From contig JAVWPP010000001.1 of the NCBI GenBank assembly GCA_036635835.1, forward strand, positions 132,890-196,889: a stretch of 64,000 nucleotides of DNA, written 5' to 3'. Under the pieces are notes generated by a model. That model did no database searches. It saw nothing but the letters and a program-made list of their open reading frames with translations, and was not told the DNA's origin. Positions 1-11,637 of this stretch are shown in pieces (the first letter of the stretch is position 1; the number at the start of each line of letters is the position of its first letter). Both the position numbers and the translations under genes were made by a program. The stretch comes from Clostridia bacterium (lineage in GTDB: Bacteria > Bacillota > Clostridia > TANB77 > CAG-465).

Positions 1-162
1 TAATACAATTCTGGCAGCTTCAATTTGGTTAGCTGTAATCCATGCTGGTTCACTAGCTTGTATTCCAAATTCACCGTATGCTAAAAAGTTTCCTCTTGTT
101 GCCTTACCTTTGTTTCTTCCTTTTTGCATTTTTCTAAATTTAGTTCTTTTTGGTGATAACAT
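1..162 (-). CDS. rplP: 50S ribosomal protein L16, 5' portion (gene continues beyond the window edge)
   Basis: Reverse-strand translation from the ATG at 160-162 gives [54 protein letters not shown], a canonical L16 N-terminus. The RBS AAGGAGGG lies 8 nt upstream. The gene sits 2 nt after the rpsC stop, matching S10-operon synteny. Confidence 0.85.
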   Translation of the reverse strand, partial: MLSPKRTKFRKMQKGRNKGKATRGNFLAYGEFGIQASEPAWITANQIEAARIVL

Positions 163-164
163 AA

Positions 165-821
165 TTATTTCCCTCCTTTAACTTGTTTTTTTGCAGGAAG
201 TACTTCTCCTTTATATATCCATACTTTTACTCCGATTATACCGTAAGTTGTTGCAGCTTCGGCAAATCCGTAATCAATATCTGCTCTTAAAGTTTGTAGA
301 GGAATAGTTCCTTCATTATAACTTTCAGATCTTGCAATTTCTGCTCCGCCTAAACGTCCAGAAACAGTTACTTTAATACCTTTAGCTCCTGCTTTCATTG
401 TTTTTTGTATAGCTTGTTTCATTGCTCTTCTAAAAGAAATTCTTTTTTCTAATTGCATTGCAATGCTTTCTGCTACTAATTGTGATGACATATCAATGTT
501 CTTAATTTCTATTATATTTATAGATACATTTTTACCAGTCATCTTTTGTAATTTTGCTTTTAATTCTTCAATTGCAGCTCCGCCTTTTCCTATTATCATT
601 CCTGGTTTCGCTGTATTTATATGAACTTTTACATCAGCTGCTTTTCTTTCAATATTTATTTGTGAAATTCCAGCAGTTTTTAATGTAGATTTTAAATATG
701 TACGTAGTTTGTTATCTTCAATTAAGTTTGCAGCAAAGTCTTGTTTACTTGCATACCATTTTGAAGACCAATCTTTTATTATTCCCACTCTTAAACCGTG
801 TGGATTAACTTTTTGACCCAT
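165..821 (-). CDS. rpsC: 30S ribosomal protein S3
   Basis: The 218-aa ORF carries S3 KH-domain motifs ([22 protein letters not shown]). Its position in the S10 operon fits. Confidence 0.95.
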   Translation of the reverse strand: MGQKVNPHGLRVGIIKDWSSKWYASKQDFAANLIEDNKLRTYLKSTLKTAGISQINIERKAADVKVHINTAKPGMIIGKGGAAIEELKAKLQKMTGKNVSINIIEIKNIDMSSQLVAESIAMQLEKRISFRRAMKQAIQKTMKAGAKGIKVTVSGRLGGAEIARSESYNEGTIPLQTLRADIDYGFAEAATTYGIIGVKVWIYKGEVLPAKKQVKGGK

Positions 822-845
822 TTAAATTACCCTCCTTGCTAAAAC

Positions 846-1178
846 TTAAGCCTCTGCTACTACTATTGTAATATGGCTTGTTCTTTTTTGTATTTTGAAT
901 GCTCTACCTTGAGCTCTTGGCATTATTCTCTTCATTGTAGGTCCTTGGTTAGCATATGCTTCAGCTACTACTAATTTAGTTGCATCCATTTTGTTGTTGT
1001 TAGTTGCATTTGCTGCAGCTGATTTTAATAATTTTTCAACAAGTGGAGCCGCTGCTTTATTAGTATATTTTAATATAGCCATAGCTTCTGTAACTGATTT
1101 TCCTCTTATAAGGTCAATAACAATTTTTACTTTTCTAGCTGATATTCTTGCAAATTTTAATTCTGCTCTTGCTTCCAT
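846..1178 (-). CDS. rplV: 50S ribosomal protein L22
   Basis: The 110-aa ORF begins [29 protein letters not shown], which is typical of L22. Synteny with the rest of the operon fits. Confidence 0.93.
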   Translation of the reverse strand: MEARAELKFARISARKVKIVIDLIRGKSVTEAMAILKYTNKAAAPLVEKLLKSAAANATNNNKMDATKLVVAEAYANQGPTMKRIMPRAQGRAFKIQKRTSHITIVVAEA

Positions 1179-1220
1179 GATAATATCCTCCTTTTTGGCC
1201 TATTATATTATTTATTTATA

Positions 1221-1496
1221 TTATTTTTTTGATTTTTTATCTCCAGCGTGTCCTTTATAAAGTCTTGTTGGAGCAAATTCTCCTAGTTTATGTCCTACCA
1301 TTTCCTCTGATACGAATACTGGCACATGTTTTCTTCCATCATGTACAGCTATTGTATGCCCTATCATTTGAGGGAATATAGTTGATGATCTTGACCATGT
1401 TTTTAATGCTACTGTTTCATTATTTTCATTCATTTTTTCAATTCTTGCTAATAATCTTTCATCACAGTAAGGTCCTTTTTTAAGCGATCTTGACAT
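1221..1496 (-). CDS. rpsS: 30S ribosomal protein S19
   Basis: The 91-aa ORF begins [16 protein letters not shown] and contains [15 protein letters not shown], both S19 signatures. Confidence 0.95.
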   Translation of the reverse strand: MSRSLKKGPYCDERLLARIEKMNENNETVALKTWSRSSTIFPQMIGHTIAVHDGRKHVPVFVSEEMVGHKLGEFAPTRLYKGHAGDKKSKK

Positions 1497-1519
1497 TTTT
1501 TATTCCTCCTTTTTGGCTA

Positions 1520-2353
1520 CTATTTTTGATTTCTTCTCTTAACGATGAATTTATCATTTTTATTCTTTTTAGTTCTAGTTTTGTATCCAAGTGCTGGTTT
1601 ACCCCAAGGAGTAACTGGACCTGGTCTTCCAACTGGTGATTTACCTTCACCACCACCGTGTGGATGGTCGCAAGGATTCATTACAGAACCTCTAACAGTA
1701 GGTCTTATTCCTAAATGTCTAGTTTTACCTGCTTTACCTAGGTTAGTATTTTCATGATCTAAGTTACCGATTTGTCCGATAACAGCTCTACAATTTACTA
1801 ATATAAGTCTCATTTCACCTGAAGGCATTCTTATGTGTGCATACTTGTCTTCTTTTGCCATTAATTGTGCTGACATACCAGCTGCTCTTACAAGTTGTGC
1901 TCCTTTTCCAGGGTGTAATTCAATATTATGAATTGTTGTACCTACTGGAATACTAGATATTGGCATACAGTTTCCTGGTTTAATATCTGCTGTTGATGAA
2001 GCTATTACTTTTGCTCCATCTGTTAATCCTAATGGAGCGATTATATATGTTCTTTCTCCATCTTCGTATTCGATTAATGCTATATTAGCACTTCTATTTG
2101 GATCGTATTCGATTCCTACTACTGTTGCGAAAACATCTGTCTTATTTCTCTTAAAGTCTATTCTTCTATATTTTCTTCTATTTCCGCCTCCATGGTGTCT
2201 AACAGTTATCTTACCACTGTTATTTCTACCAGCATTTTTTTTCAAAGGCTCAAGTAAAGATCTTTCAGGAGTAGTTTTTGTTATTTCTGCAAAACTATTT
2301 ACTGTCATTTCTCTTCTTGATGGAGTTGTAGGTTTAAATGTTTTTACTGCCAT
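1520..2353 (-). CDS. rplB: 50S ribosomal protein L2
   Basis: The 277-aa ORF begins [14 protein letters not shown] and carries the conserved L2 C-terminus with the GGGEGK motif. Confidence 0.97.
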   Translation of the reverse strand: MAVKTFKPTTPSRREMTVNSFAEITKTTPERSLLEPLKKNAGRNNSGKITVRHHGGGNRRKYRRIDFKRNKTDVFATVVGIEYDPNRSANIALIEYEDGERTYIIAPLGLTDGAKVIASSTADIKPGNCMPISSIPVGTTIHNIELHPGKGAQLVRAAGMSAQLMAKEDKYAHIRMPSGEMRLILVNCRAVIGQIGNLDHENTNLGKAGKTRHLGIRPTVRGSVMNPCDHPHGGGEGKSPVGRPGPVTPWGKPALGYKTRTKKNKNDKFIVKRRNQK

Positions 2354-2371
2354 TTTTGCTTACCTCCCATA

Positions 2372-2731
2372 TTAACTATTTAAAGCTGAATTAATTTCTT
2401 CTATTTCAGTTTTATATTTTTTAGCTACTGTAGATTCTTTTCCACCTTTAACTAAGTATTTTTCTTGACCTGGGTTTGTATCTATCATAACGATAGCTTT
2501 CTTCCAAGATTTTCTTCTTCCTTGGTGTGCACCCATTCTTTTCATTTTACCGTCATAGTTCATAGTGTTTACTTTTTTCACTTTAACTCCGAAAAGTTCT
2601 TCTACAGCTTTTTTAATTTCGATTTTTGTACTGTCAACTGCTACTTCGAAAGTATATTTACCTTCAGCAATACCACTATAACTTTTTTCAGTTATTATTG
2701 GTCTTACGATTATGTCTTGACTCATTCTCAT
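2372..2731 (-). CDS. rplW: 50S ribosomal protein L23
   Basis: The 119-aa ORF (IIVRPIITEKS...) has its ATG overlapping the rplD stop as TAATG. The RBS GGAGGTG lies 10 nt upstream. The C-terminus is about 25 aa longer than in typical L23 proteins. Confidence 0.88.
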   Translation of the reverse strand: MRMSQDIIVRPIITEKSYSGIAEGKYTFEVAVDSTKIEIKKAVEELFGVKVKKVNTMNYDGKMKRMGAHQGRRKSWKKAIVMIDTNPGQEKYLVKGGKESTVAKKYKTEIEEINSALNS

Positions 2732-3351
2732 TATGCGTACACCTCCTCTAATTTTTTAACTGCATCTTGTGTTAATACTAATGTTTCACATTTTAATAAA
2801 TCGTAAACATTGATTGTATTTACAAGAGTTGTTTTTACATTTTCAATATTTCTAGCAGATGCTTGAACATTTAAGTTCTTTTCTGCTAACATAACTAAAC
2901 CTTTTTTAACATTTAATGCGTTTAAAACGTTTACCATGCTTTTTGTTTTTACTTCGCTTAATTCCATTTTATCTACTATAACAATAGCTTTTTCTTGTAA
3001 CTTAGAAGTAAGTACTGATCTTATTGCTAATTGTCTTACCTTTTTAGGAATTGAATATCTGTAAGATCTAGGTTTTGGTCCTAATGCTATACCACCTTTT
3101 ATCCATTGTGGAGCTCTTGTTGAACCTTGTCTAGCTCTACCAGTTCCTTTTTGTTTCCAAGGTTTTCTTCCGCCACCTCTAACTTCAGCTCTAGTTTTTG
3201 TAGATTGTGTTCCTTGTCTTTGGTTAGCTAAATAATTAACTAAAGCTTGATGAACTACAACTTCATTAACTTCTACTGCGAATACATTATCGTTTAATTC
3301 TATATCTCCAACTTTTTCGCCTTTAATATTTAATAAATCTACTTTTGCCAT
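2731..3351 (-). CDS. rplD: 50S ribosomal protein L4
   Basis: The 206-aa ORF contains [17 protein letters not shown], an L4 signature. Confidence 0.95.
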   Translation of the reverse strand: MAKVDLLNIKGEKVGDIELNDNVFAVEVNEVVVHQALVNYLANQRQGTQSTKTRAEVRGGGRKPWKQKGTGRARQGSTRAPQWIKGGIALGPKPRSYRYSIPKKVRQLAIRSVLTSKLQEKAIVIVDKMELSEVKTKSMVNVLNALNVKKGLVMLAEKNLNVQASARNIENVKTTLVNTINVYDLLKCETLVLTQDAVKKLEEVYA

Positions 3352-3372
3352 TCTAAATTACCTCCTTTCTTA

Positions 3373-3999
3373 CTACTTAACGCTTGCTTTGATTTTTACA
3401 AAAGATCCTTTAGCTCCTGGCACAGAACCTTTTAATAATATTACGTTTTTATCTGTATCAATTTTAACCACTTCAAGGTTTTGAATAGTCTTTACATCGT
3501 TACCCATGTTTCCTGGCATTTTTTTACCTTTGAAAACTCTACCTGGATCAGTTCCAGCTCCTAAAGAACCAGTTCTTCTATGATACATAGAACCATGAGT
3601 CATAGGACCTCTATGTCCGTTATATCTCTTAATAGTTCCTGCAAATCCTTTTCCCTTAGACATACCTTGTACATCTACTTTATCTTTTGCTTCAAAGATA
3701 GAAAGTGTTATTTCGTTACCTAATTCGTACGCTTCAACATCTTCTAATCTTATTTCTCTCAAGTATTTTTTAACTCCAACACTTGCTTTAGCAAATATAC
3801 CTTTGTGTGGTTTGTTTGCATTTTTTTCTTTAACGTTTCCGAAAGCTACAACGATTGCGTTATATCCTTCTTTTTCTGCTACTTTCTTTTGAACAACTGT
3901 ATTTGGTTCAACTTCAATAACAGAAACTGGTACTGCCATTCCATCTTCAGAAAAGATTTGTGTCATACCTAATTTTTTACCGTAAATTTCTTTTACCAT
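3373..3999 (-). CDS. rplC: 50S ribosomal protein L3
   Basis: The 208-aa ORF begins MVKEIYGKKLGMTQIF and contains the GKGFAG motif, both typical of L3. Confidence 0.95.
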   Translation of the reverse strand: MVKEIYGKKLGMTQIFSEDGMAVPVSVIEVEPNTVVQKKVAEKEGYNAIVVAFGNVKEKNANKPHKGIFAKASVGVKKYLREIRLEDVEAYELGNEITLSIFEAKDKVDVQGMSKGKGFAGTIKRYNGHRGPMTHGSMYHRRTGSLGAGTDPGRVFKGKKMPGNMGNDVKTIQNLEVVKIDTDKNVILLKGSVPGAKGSFVKIKASVK

Positions 4000-4112
4000 G
4001 ATTAGTTCCTCCCTTTTTATTATTTAAACTTTTAAGTTAATTTCTTTAAGTTTACATTTTTAACTTAGGGTTTGCCATTGCCTTTATATAAAAGGTTAGC
4101 AGTTAAAATGTA

Positions 4113-4430
4113 TTAAAGTTTAACTTCTACTTCAACACCAGCTGGCATATCAATTGACATTAATGCGTCAACTGCTGCTTGTGATGGTGCTACAACATCA
4201 ATAACTCTTTTATGTGTTCTCATTTCGAATTGTTCTCTTGAATCTTTATGTTTATGTGGAGAACGTAAAATAGTTATTACTTCCTTTCTTGTTGGAAGTG
4301 GAATAGGACCAGATACCTCAGCTCCTGCATTTCTAGCAACTTCTACTATTTTTTCAGCAGCTTGATCGATTAAAACATGTTCATATGCTTTAAGTCTTAT
4401 TCTCATTTTTGCAATTTGATTTTTTGACAT
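4113..4430 (-). CDS. rpsJ: 30S ribosomal protein S10
   Basis: The 105-aa ORF contains [23 protein letters not shown] and GPIPLPT, both typical of S10. It is the first gene of the S10 operon. Confidence 0.95.
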   Translation of the reverse strand: MSKNQIAKMRIRLKAYEHVLIDQAAEKIVEVARNAGAEVSGPIPLPTRKEVITILRSPHKHKDSREQFEMRTHKRVIDVVAPSQAAVDALMSIDMPAGVEVEVKL

Positions 4431-4655
4431 TCAAAACACTCCTTTTCGTTATATTTTGGCTAACAAGTCTTACACTACCCCGTGTGTTTCGTGTCATTTG
4501 TAACTAAAAAGCCAATTCTCACAAATGCAAACGCATTTACTCAAATTAGGCAAAGTACAAACATTTAAATACTTGCCGCCCGATTTAAAATCAGACATGC
4601 TCCACGGAAATTCCCTACTTCTAGAGTAGCCACCTCCCGCTTCTACGCAAATCAA
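4431..4655 (-). promoter_or_regulatory. S10-operon 5' leader, about 225 nt, GC-rich and probably structured (candidate autoregulatory ribosomal-protein leader RNA)
   Basis: This stretch is conspicuously GC-rich against the genome background (minus-strand RNA ...GCGUAGAAGCGGGAGGUGGCUACUCUAGAAGUAGGGAAUUUCCGUGGAGCAUGUCUG...GGGCGGCAAG...CACACGGGGUAGUG...). It lies between a near-consensus promoter and the rpsJ start. The 61-aa ORF at 4494..4679 inside it looks spurious. Confidence 0.4.
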
Positions 4656-4662
4656 CAAACTA

Positions 4663-4691
4663 ATTATACAATATATCAATTAAAAAAGCAA
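4663..4691 (-). promoter_or_regulatory. sigma-A-type promoter of the S10 operon (TTGCTT-17-TGtTATAAT)
   Basis: The minus strand reads TTGCTTttttaattgatatattgTATAAT. A TG-extended -10 box is spaced 17 nt from the -35 box. Confidence 0.5.
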
Positions 4692-4801
4692 TAGTTTTAT
4701 GTAAAAAAACATATCTTTTTTGCTTTTGTTTTAAAGAATATCAAAAATAACTGATATATATGTTTTTTTTATTTCAAAACGCACTTTTTTTTGTAAACCA
4801 C

Positions 4802-4830
4802 TTGATTTTACGTTTTAATTATGTTAGAAT
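4802..4830 (+). promoter_or_regulatory. promoter of rpsT (TTGATT-17-TGtTAGAAT)
   Basis: The sequence TTGATTttacgttttaattatgtTAGAAT lies about 45 nt upstream of the rpsT ATG. It is divergent from the S10 promoter. Confidence 0.45.
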
Positions 4831-4874
4831 ATGTGCTAGTCGGTATGATTCTGCTATAAGGGAGGTGCAATACT

Positions 4875-5129
4875 ATGCCAAATATTAAATCTGCTAAAAA
4901 GAGAGTTTTAATTAATGAAACTAAAACAGCTCAAAATAAAGTAGTTAAAAAAGCTTATAAAGAAGCTGTTAAAGCTTTCGACGAAGCTGTAGTGAACAAA
5001 GAAGCAAATGTTGCTGATTTACACAAAGTAGCTGTAAGTGCAGTTGACAAAGCTTGGTCAAAAGGTGTTTTAGCTAAAAACACTGCTGCTAGAAAAGTAG
5101 CAAACTTAACTAAAAAATTAGCTAAGTAA
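4875..5129 (+). CDS. rpsT: 30S ribosomal protein S20
   Basis: The 84-aa ORF begins MPNIKSAKKRVLINETK, which is typical of S20. The RBS is GGGAGG. Confidence 0.9.
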   Translation: MPNIKSAKKRVLINETKTAQNKVVKKAYKEAVKAFDEAVVNKEANVADLHKVAVSAVDKAWSKGVLAKNTAARKVANLTKKLAK

Positions 5130-5170
5130 TTAAAGTTAATACAAATAACGCGTTATTAACAATAGATTAA

Positions 5171-5200
5171 GAGGTATCCAATACGGATACCTCTTTTTTT
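5171..5200 (+). terminator. rho-independent terminator after rpsT
   Basis: The hairpin GAGGTATCC-aatac-GGATACCTC has a 9-bp stem and is followed by TTTTTTT. Confidence 0.55.
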
Positions 5201-5203
5201 GTT

Positions 5204-6112
5204 TTAAAATGCTGGCAAACCTTCTCTACACTGTCCTTTTGTCTGCATTCCTCCAATTCCCTTAATTCCTTCTCTTGTATTTGCAATTATATTAGCAAGC
5301 GATATATAGTTATCTACTGGTGTATAGGCTATTGCTTGAGCTACAATTATTGGATCCATTATGTCTATTAAAACCCTTTTAGGACTGCTTGCAAAATTAG
5401 CGCCCGCGGTTATTAAAGCTTCGTAATATGACTGGCAAGCACCTGCATAAATTACGAGGCTATCCATATTATGATCATATCTTCTAGCTTCATTAACACT
5501 TTCAACAAAGTATTTAGAGTTTTTGTAACTATTTATATTATATATATCTGAACTTCTTTTAGAAAAGGCATCATGGCCTGTGACAACTAAAATATTAGGC
5601 TTTATTTTTTCTAATAAATTATATACATATTTAGACTGCTCAGATTCCGGTATATGATAAACGTAGTTAACAAGTCCCATTCTAGAGTAAAGAATTCTAC
5701 ATTTATCTGTATATTCTTTATCACCATCTAAATGCAAAATAACACCAGGCTTTTTATACTGTTTGCCTATTAATGTAGATGAATTTGTATATTCGTTTAG
5801 GTCTTCTCTTATTACTTTATTAATGCTTTTAGGGTTATAATACGAATTATATGAATTGTGTGATTTGCAACAAATTCTACTATATGATCTGTTGATTTTT
5901 ACTTTTAATAATTCGTCATTCTCGTTTAATATTCTATCTATTTTATTTCTTTCTAATTTAACTAAGTCTCTAATGTTTGCATCCGCTGCTATTCTTACTG
6001 TAATTCCCGCTAGGTCCGCTATTTCTCCTTTTATATTTATAATTTTAAATACCAAATCATTATTATATGACTTTCTACTTACTATGTCACCAACATTTAA
6101 GATTTCTCGCAT
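5204..6112 (-). CDS. yabG: sporulation-specific protease YabG
   Basis: The 302-aa ORF begins MREILNVGDIVSRKSYNNDLVFKIINI and contains LVVTGHDAFSK and VIYAGACQSYYEALITAGANFASSP. It parallels B. subtilis YabG (MQFQIGDMVARKSY...ILVITGHDAYSK...AGACQSHFESLIRAGANFASSP). Confidence 0.78.
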   Translation of the reverse strand: MREILNVGDIVSRKSYNNDLVFKIINIKGEIADLAGITVRIAADANIRDLVKLERNKIDRILNENDELLKVKINRSYSRICCKSHNSYNSYYNPKSINKVIREDLNEYTNSSTLIGKQYKKPGVILHLDGDKEYTDKCRILYSRMGLVNYVYHIPESEQSKYVYNLLEKIKPNILVVTGHDAFSKRSSDIYNINSYKNSKYFVESVNEARRYDHNMDSLVIYAGACQSYYEALITAGANFASSPKRVLIDIMDPIIVAQAIAYTPVDNYISLANIIANTREGIKGIGGMQTKGQCREGLPAF

Positions 6113-6154
6113 AAAATCACCTCATATATTATAATATTAATTTAATATTTTTTT

Positions 6155-6185
6155 GTGCTAAAAAGAGCAATATTTCTATTGCTCT
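6155..6185 (-). terminator. rho-independent terminator after valS
   Basis: The minus-strand hairpin AGAGCAATA-gaaa-TATTGCTCT is followed by TTTTT. Confidence 0.5.
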
Positions 6186-6190
6186 TTTAA

Positions 6191-8821
<2,631 letters not shown>

Positions 8822-8841
8822 TTTTTAAAAATTCTCCTTAT

Positions 8842-9039
8842 CTATATGCTTAATTTTGTTGCAAAATATATAATAATAAGTCCAAACATAAGAATTATCC
8901 AACCTATATTTCTGACTGATTTAACTTTTTTATTCATATTTTTTGCTTTTTTATCTTTTAATATCATTCTCGTACAAAACACACAGACTGCTCCAACTAG
9001 CGAAAGTATGAAGGCACAAAGTAAAATTACATATTTCAT
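8842..9039 (-). CDS. small two-TM membrane protein (hypothetical), co-transcribed with valS
   Basis: The 65-aa ORF has two hydrophobic helices. The RBS AGGTGA lies 7 nt upstream. Only 20 nt separate it from the valS start. Confidence 0.4.
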   Translation of the reverse strand: MKYVILLCAFILSLVGAVCVFCTRMILKDKKAKNMNKKVKSVRNIGWIILMFGLIIIYFATKLSI

Positions 9040-9066
9040 TTTTTCACCTACTTTTAATTACATAAT

Positions 9067-9095
9067 ATAATATCATTTTTTTCATAAAAAATCAA
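9067..9095 (-). promoter_or_regulatory. candidate promoter (TTGATT-17-TATTAT) for the small membrane protein and valS
   Basis: The minus strand reads TTGATTttttatgaaaaaaatgaTATTAT, immediately after the divIVA terminator. Confidence 0.4.
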
Positions 9096-9106
9096 TAAGA
9101 AAGCGC

Positions 9107-9138
9107 AAAAAAGCATGTTATACTGATATAACATGCTT
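9107..9138 (-). terminator. rho-independent terminator after the divIVA-like gene
   Basis: A perfect 12-bp stem AAGCATGTTATA-tcag-TATAACATGCTT is followed by TTTTTT on the minus strand. Confidence 0.65.
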
Positions 9139-9142
9139 CATA

Positions 9143-9622
9143 TTATTTAGTTTCTGGTGTTTTTAATATTTTAAGCTGAGTTTGTAACATAGCTTCAAAT
9201 TTAATTTTAAACATTTGAACTTCTTTTTTTAAATCGTCAAATTCTTTCTCTTTTTCTTTGATTTGTTGCTCAACTTCTTTTACACTTTCTTTTGAAAGCT
9301 CTGTTGCTTTTTTTATTATTTCTTCTGCTTCTATCAAAGCATTGTTTTTTATTGCTTCAATTTCGTCAGCTGGAATAGTTGCTGTTTTCTCAACGCAAAC
9401 TTCTTCTTTAACTTCTTGTTTAACTTCCGGTACAAAATTTCGGCTTTCTTCCAATTCTTGAGATAATAGATTTGCTTTATCTTTATATTCATCTAATTCT
9501 TTATATACAGTTTCGTAATCTTCACTTAATTGTTCCATGAAGTCTTCAACGCTGTCTACATCATATCCACCTAATCTTGTTTTTTTAAATACGTAATTAT
9601 CTATATCTGCTGGTTTTAACAT
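9143..9622 (-). CDS. divIVA: DivIVA-domain cell-division protein
   Basis: The N-terminus MLKPADIDNYVFKKTRLGGYDVDSVEDFMEQLSEDYE matches the DivIVA N-domain consensus (PLTPxDIxNKxFxxxxRGYDxDEVxxFL). The remainder is coiled coil. Confidence 0.75.
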   Translation of the reverse strand: MLKPADIDNYVFKKTRLGGYDVDSVEDFMEQLSEDYETVYKELDEYKDKANLLSQELEESRNFVPEVKQEVKEEVCVEKTATIPADEIEAIKNNALIEAEEIIKKATELSKESVKEVEQQIKEKEKEFDDLKKEVQMFKIKFEAMLQTQLKILKTPETK

Positions 9623-9636
9623 CTAATTTCTCTCCT

Positions 9637-10215
9637 TTACTTTTTAAGCCAAGACATATTTATCTTGCTACTATAATTGTATTTTTCTGCTTCATTTTGC
9701 ACTTCTATGTTTTTAGGCGCAATTAGCAATATAAGTTTTGAAACTTTTTGTATAGTTCCATCTATGGCATGTGCTGTTCCTGATAGAAAATCTATTATTC
9801 TTCTTGCATCTTCATGAGATACAGATTCTAAATTTACAATAACCGATTTTTTTGCGATTACATTATCTGCTATTTCTTTAGAGTCATCAAAAGATTGTGG
9901 CTGACTAATAACCATTTTTGATGTGGCGCTACTAGACATAGGTAAAACTTTACCTACCGATCTTCTACTAATACTAGGAATATATTCGTCTATTTCTTTA
10001 GTTTTCTTTGGTTTATAAAAGCCAAATCCACTTTTTTCTTCTTGCTTATCCGCAACAAAATTTTCTTCTACTTCGTTTATTGTTTCCTCTACCTGTGTTT
10101 TTTGATATTCATCATCATAGTCAAATGACTCAGTTTCATCTATGTTAGTGTCCTCGTTAACTTTATCCGCCAGTCCTAAAACTGTAAGAACTTTATTCAT
10201 AACAGCTGTTCCCAT
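9637..10215 (-). CDS. sepF: cell division protein SepF
   Basis: The C-terminal domain SQPQSFDDSKEIADNVIAKKSVIVNLESVSHEDARRIIDFLSGTAHAIDGTIQKVSKLILLIAP follows the SepF consensus. Confidence 0.8.
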   Translation of the reverse strand: MGTAVMNKVLTVLGLADKVNEDTNIDETESFDYDDEYQKTQVEETINEVEENFVADKQEEKSGFGFYKPKKTKEIDEYIPSISRRSVGKVLPMSSSATSKMVISQPQSFDDSKEIADNVIAKKSVIVNLESVSHEDARRIIDFLSGTAHAIDGTIQKVSKLILLIAPKNIEVQNEAEKYNYSSKINMSWLKK

Positions 10216-10301
10216 GGTTTACCCCCCCATTATCTATTTCTATATTATTATATACCTATCTATATTTTTTCATATACGAGCACCAAAGTCAATACTTTTT
10301 C

Positions 10302-11627
10302 TTATTTTTTCGAATTTATTATTATTTCATCATATATTTCGAGGAAAAAGTTATTTTTCAGTCCCAATTCTTCTTTTTCATTAACGGTATAGTTGTCTAT
10401 TATTGAAAACCTACCATTATCTTTTTTTACCTTTATTGGAACTTCTGCGGTGCCGGGATAGTCTACAACATTAGTATATAATATATTATCTCTTTTGTAT
10501 ATAGCTTTATTAGGTAATTTTAGTCCTTCGTATGACCACCATACAATTTCACAGTTTAATTTACGGATATCTAGTAAGTCTTCTATGCAATTATTGATCT
10601 CAAATATAATATTATATTTATTTTTATCTATAGATATTTTAACAATTTTTGCATTAACCTCTTTTGAACCTTTTTCAAGTAATCTAATTTTATATAAATT
10701 TCCCTCTTTTATTCCTTGTGTAACATCCTTTTTATCTAGAGTTACATATAGATTAGCTGAAAAATTATCTACAATTTTAACTCCAAAACTAGGTTTGTTT
10801 ATATTTTTTTCTACACTTTCTTTAATATCTTTGTGTACATATGTATTATCTTCTTCGTTATTAAAACTTTTTTCGAGTCCATCTATTTTGTATGATACAA
10901 TTCCGCTAATTGGTGAATTAATATTTGTATCTGACTTTAGCATTGCTTTATTAAAGTCTTCTCTTTCTTTTAGCAAATTTCTGATGTTTTCACCTTTATC
11001 GCTTAGCGCGGCTAATGCTGTTGTTTTTTCTACTAGCATTTTTTTTATTTTAATAGATGTTTCGTGTAACTGCGTATAGGAAGTGTTGCCTTCTGCTTGC
11101 TGCAAAACATTTCTAATGCTGTTTTCTATGTTTTTTATATCGCTAGAATATATTGGTTCTAAATCGTTGACTAATGCGAAAATTTTAGCATCTACTTCGT
11201 TTAACTTTGCTAATTTTTCATCATAGCTTTCATCTTTATAGAAGGCTACAGATGAGCCTTTGCTGACCTTTTTTCCTTCGTTTATAATCGGTATTAATGT
11301 TTTATTTACATCTGTATCTATAACTTTTTCGTTTCTTACTATATATGCATCTGTAATTATTGTTTTTTCTATTCTACCAATGTCTACTAAATATTTAGAA
11401 CTTTCAGCTACTTTATTGTTTATGCATTCTACTAGAAAAAATAGGGCTCCTATCATTATGATAGTTATACAAATAGTTTTTATTGTATCTTTTTTTCTCT
11501 TTTTTTTCTTTTGACTAGGTAAAACATTTTTTACGCTATCTTTTGACTCAATTGTTGCATCATAATCTATTTCGCTTTCATTTATTTTAGAAGGATCCTC
11601 TTCTTTTTCTCTTTTATTTTTTTTCAT
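10302..11627 (-). CDS. HlyD-family (membrane-fusion-like) protein with a Lys-rich N-terminus, one TM helix and a coiled coil
   Basis: The 441-aa ORF has an N-terminal KKKKRKK stretch, a single TM helix, a long coiled coil and the SPISGIV motif of the HlyD/biotin-lipoyl-like family. Confidence 0.45.
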   Translation of the reverse strand: MKKNKREKEEDPSKINESEIDYDATIESKDSVKNVLPSQKKKKRKKDTIKTICITIIMIGALFFLVECINNKVAESSKYLVDIGRIEKTIITDAYIVRNEKVIDTDVNKTLIPIINEGKKVSKGSSVAFYKDESYDEKLAKLNEVDAKIFALVNDLEPIYSSDIKNIENSIRNVLQQAEGNTSYTQLHETSIKIKKMLVEKTTALAALSDKGENIRNLLKEREDFNKAMLKSDTNINSPISGIVSYKIDGLEKSFNNEEDNTYVHKDIKESVEKNINKPSFGVKIVDNFSANLYVTLDKKDVTQGIKEGNLYKIRLLEKGSKEVNAKIVKISIDKNKYNIIFEINNCIEDLLDIRKLNCEIVWWSYEGLKLPNKAIYKRDNILYTNVVDYPGTAEVPIKVKKDNGRFSIIDNYTVNEKEELGLKNNFFLEIYDEIIINSKK

Positions 11628-11637
11628 ATATACACCT

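Noticed and set aside
991-2806. Plus-strand ORFs 991..1260, 1545..1757 and 2465..2806 inside the ribosomal-protein operon
   Set aside because: They are antisense shadows of rplV/rpsS/rplB/rplW/rplD. They have no RBS and low-complexity products.
4494-4679. 61-aa minus-strand ORF (MIYCIISLLICVEAGGGYSRSREFPWS...) upstream of rpsJ
   Set aside because: It lies wholly inside the GC-rich S10 leader, has no RBS, and its start sits upstream of the mapped -10 box. It is more plausibly part of a structured leader RNA.
10495-11514. Plus-strand ORFs of 194 and 84 aa antisense to the HlyD-like gene
   Set aside because: These are shadow ORFs. The minus-strand gene has an RBS, a TM helix, a coiled coil and a family motif.
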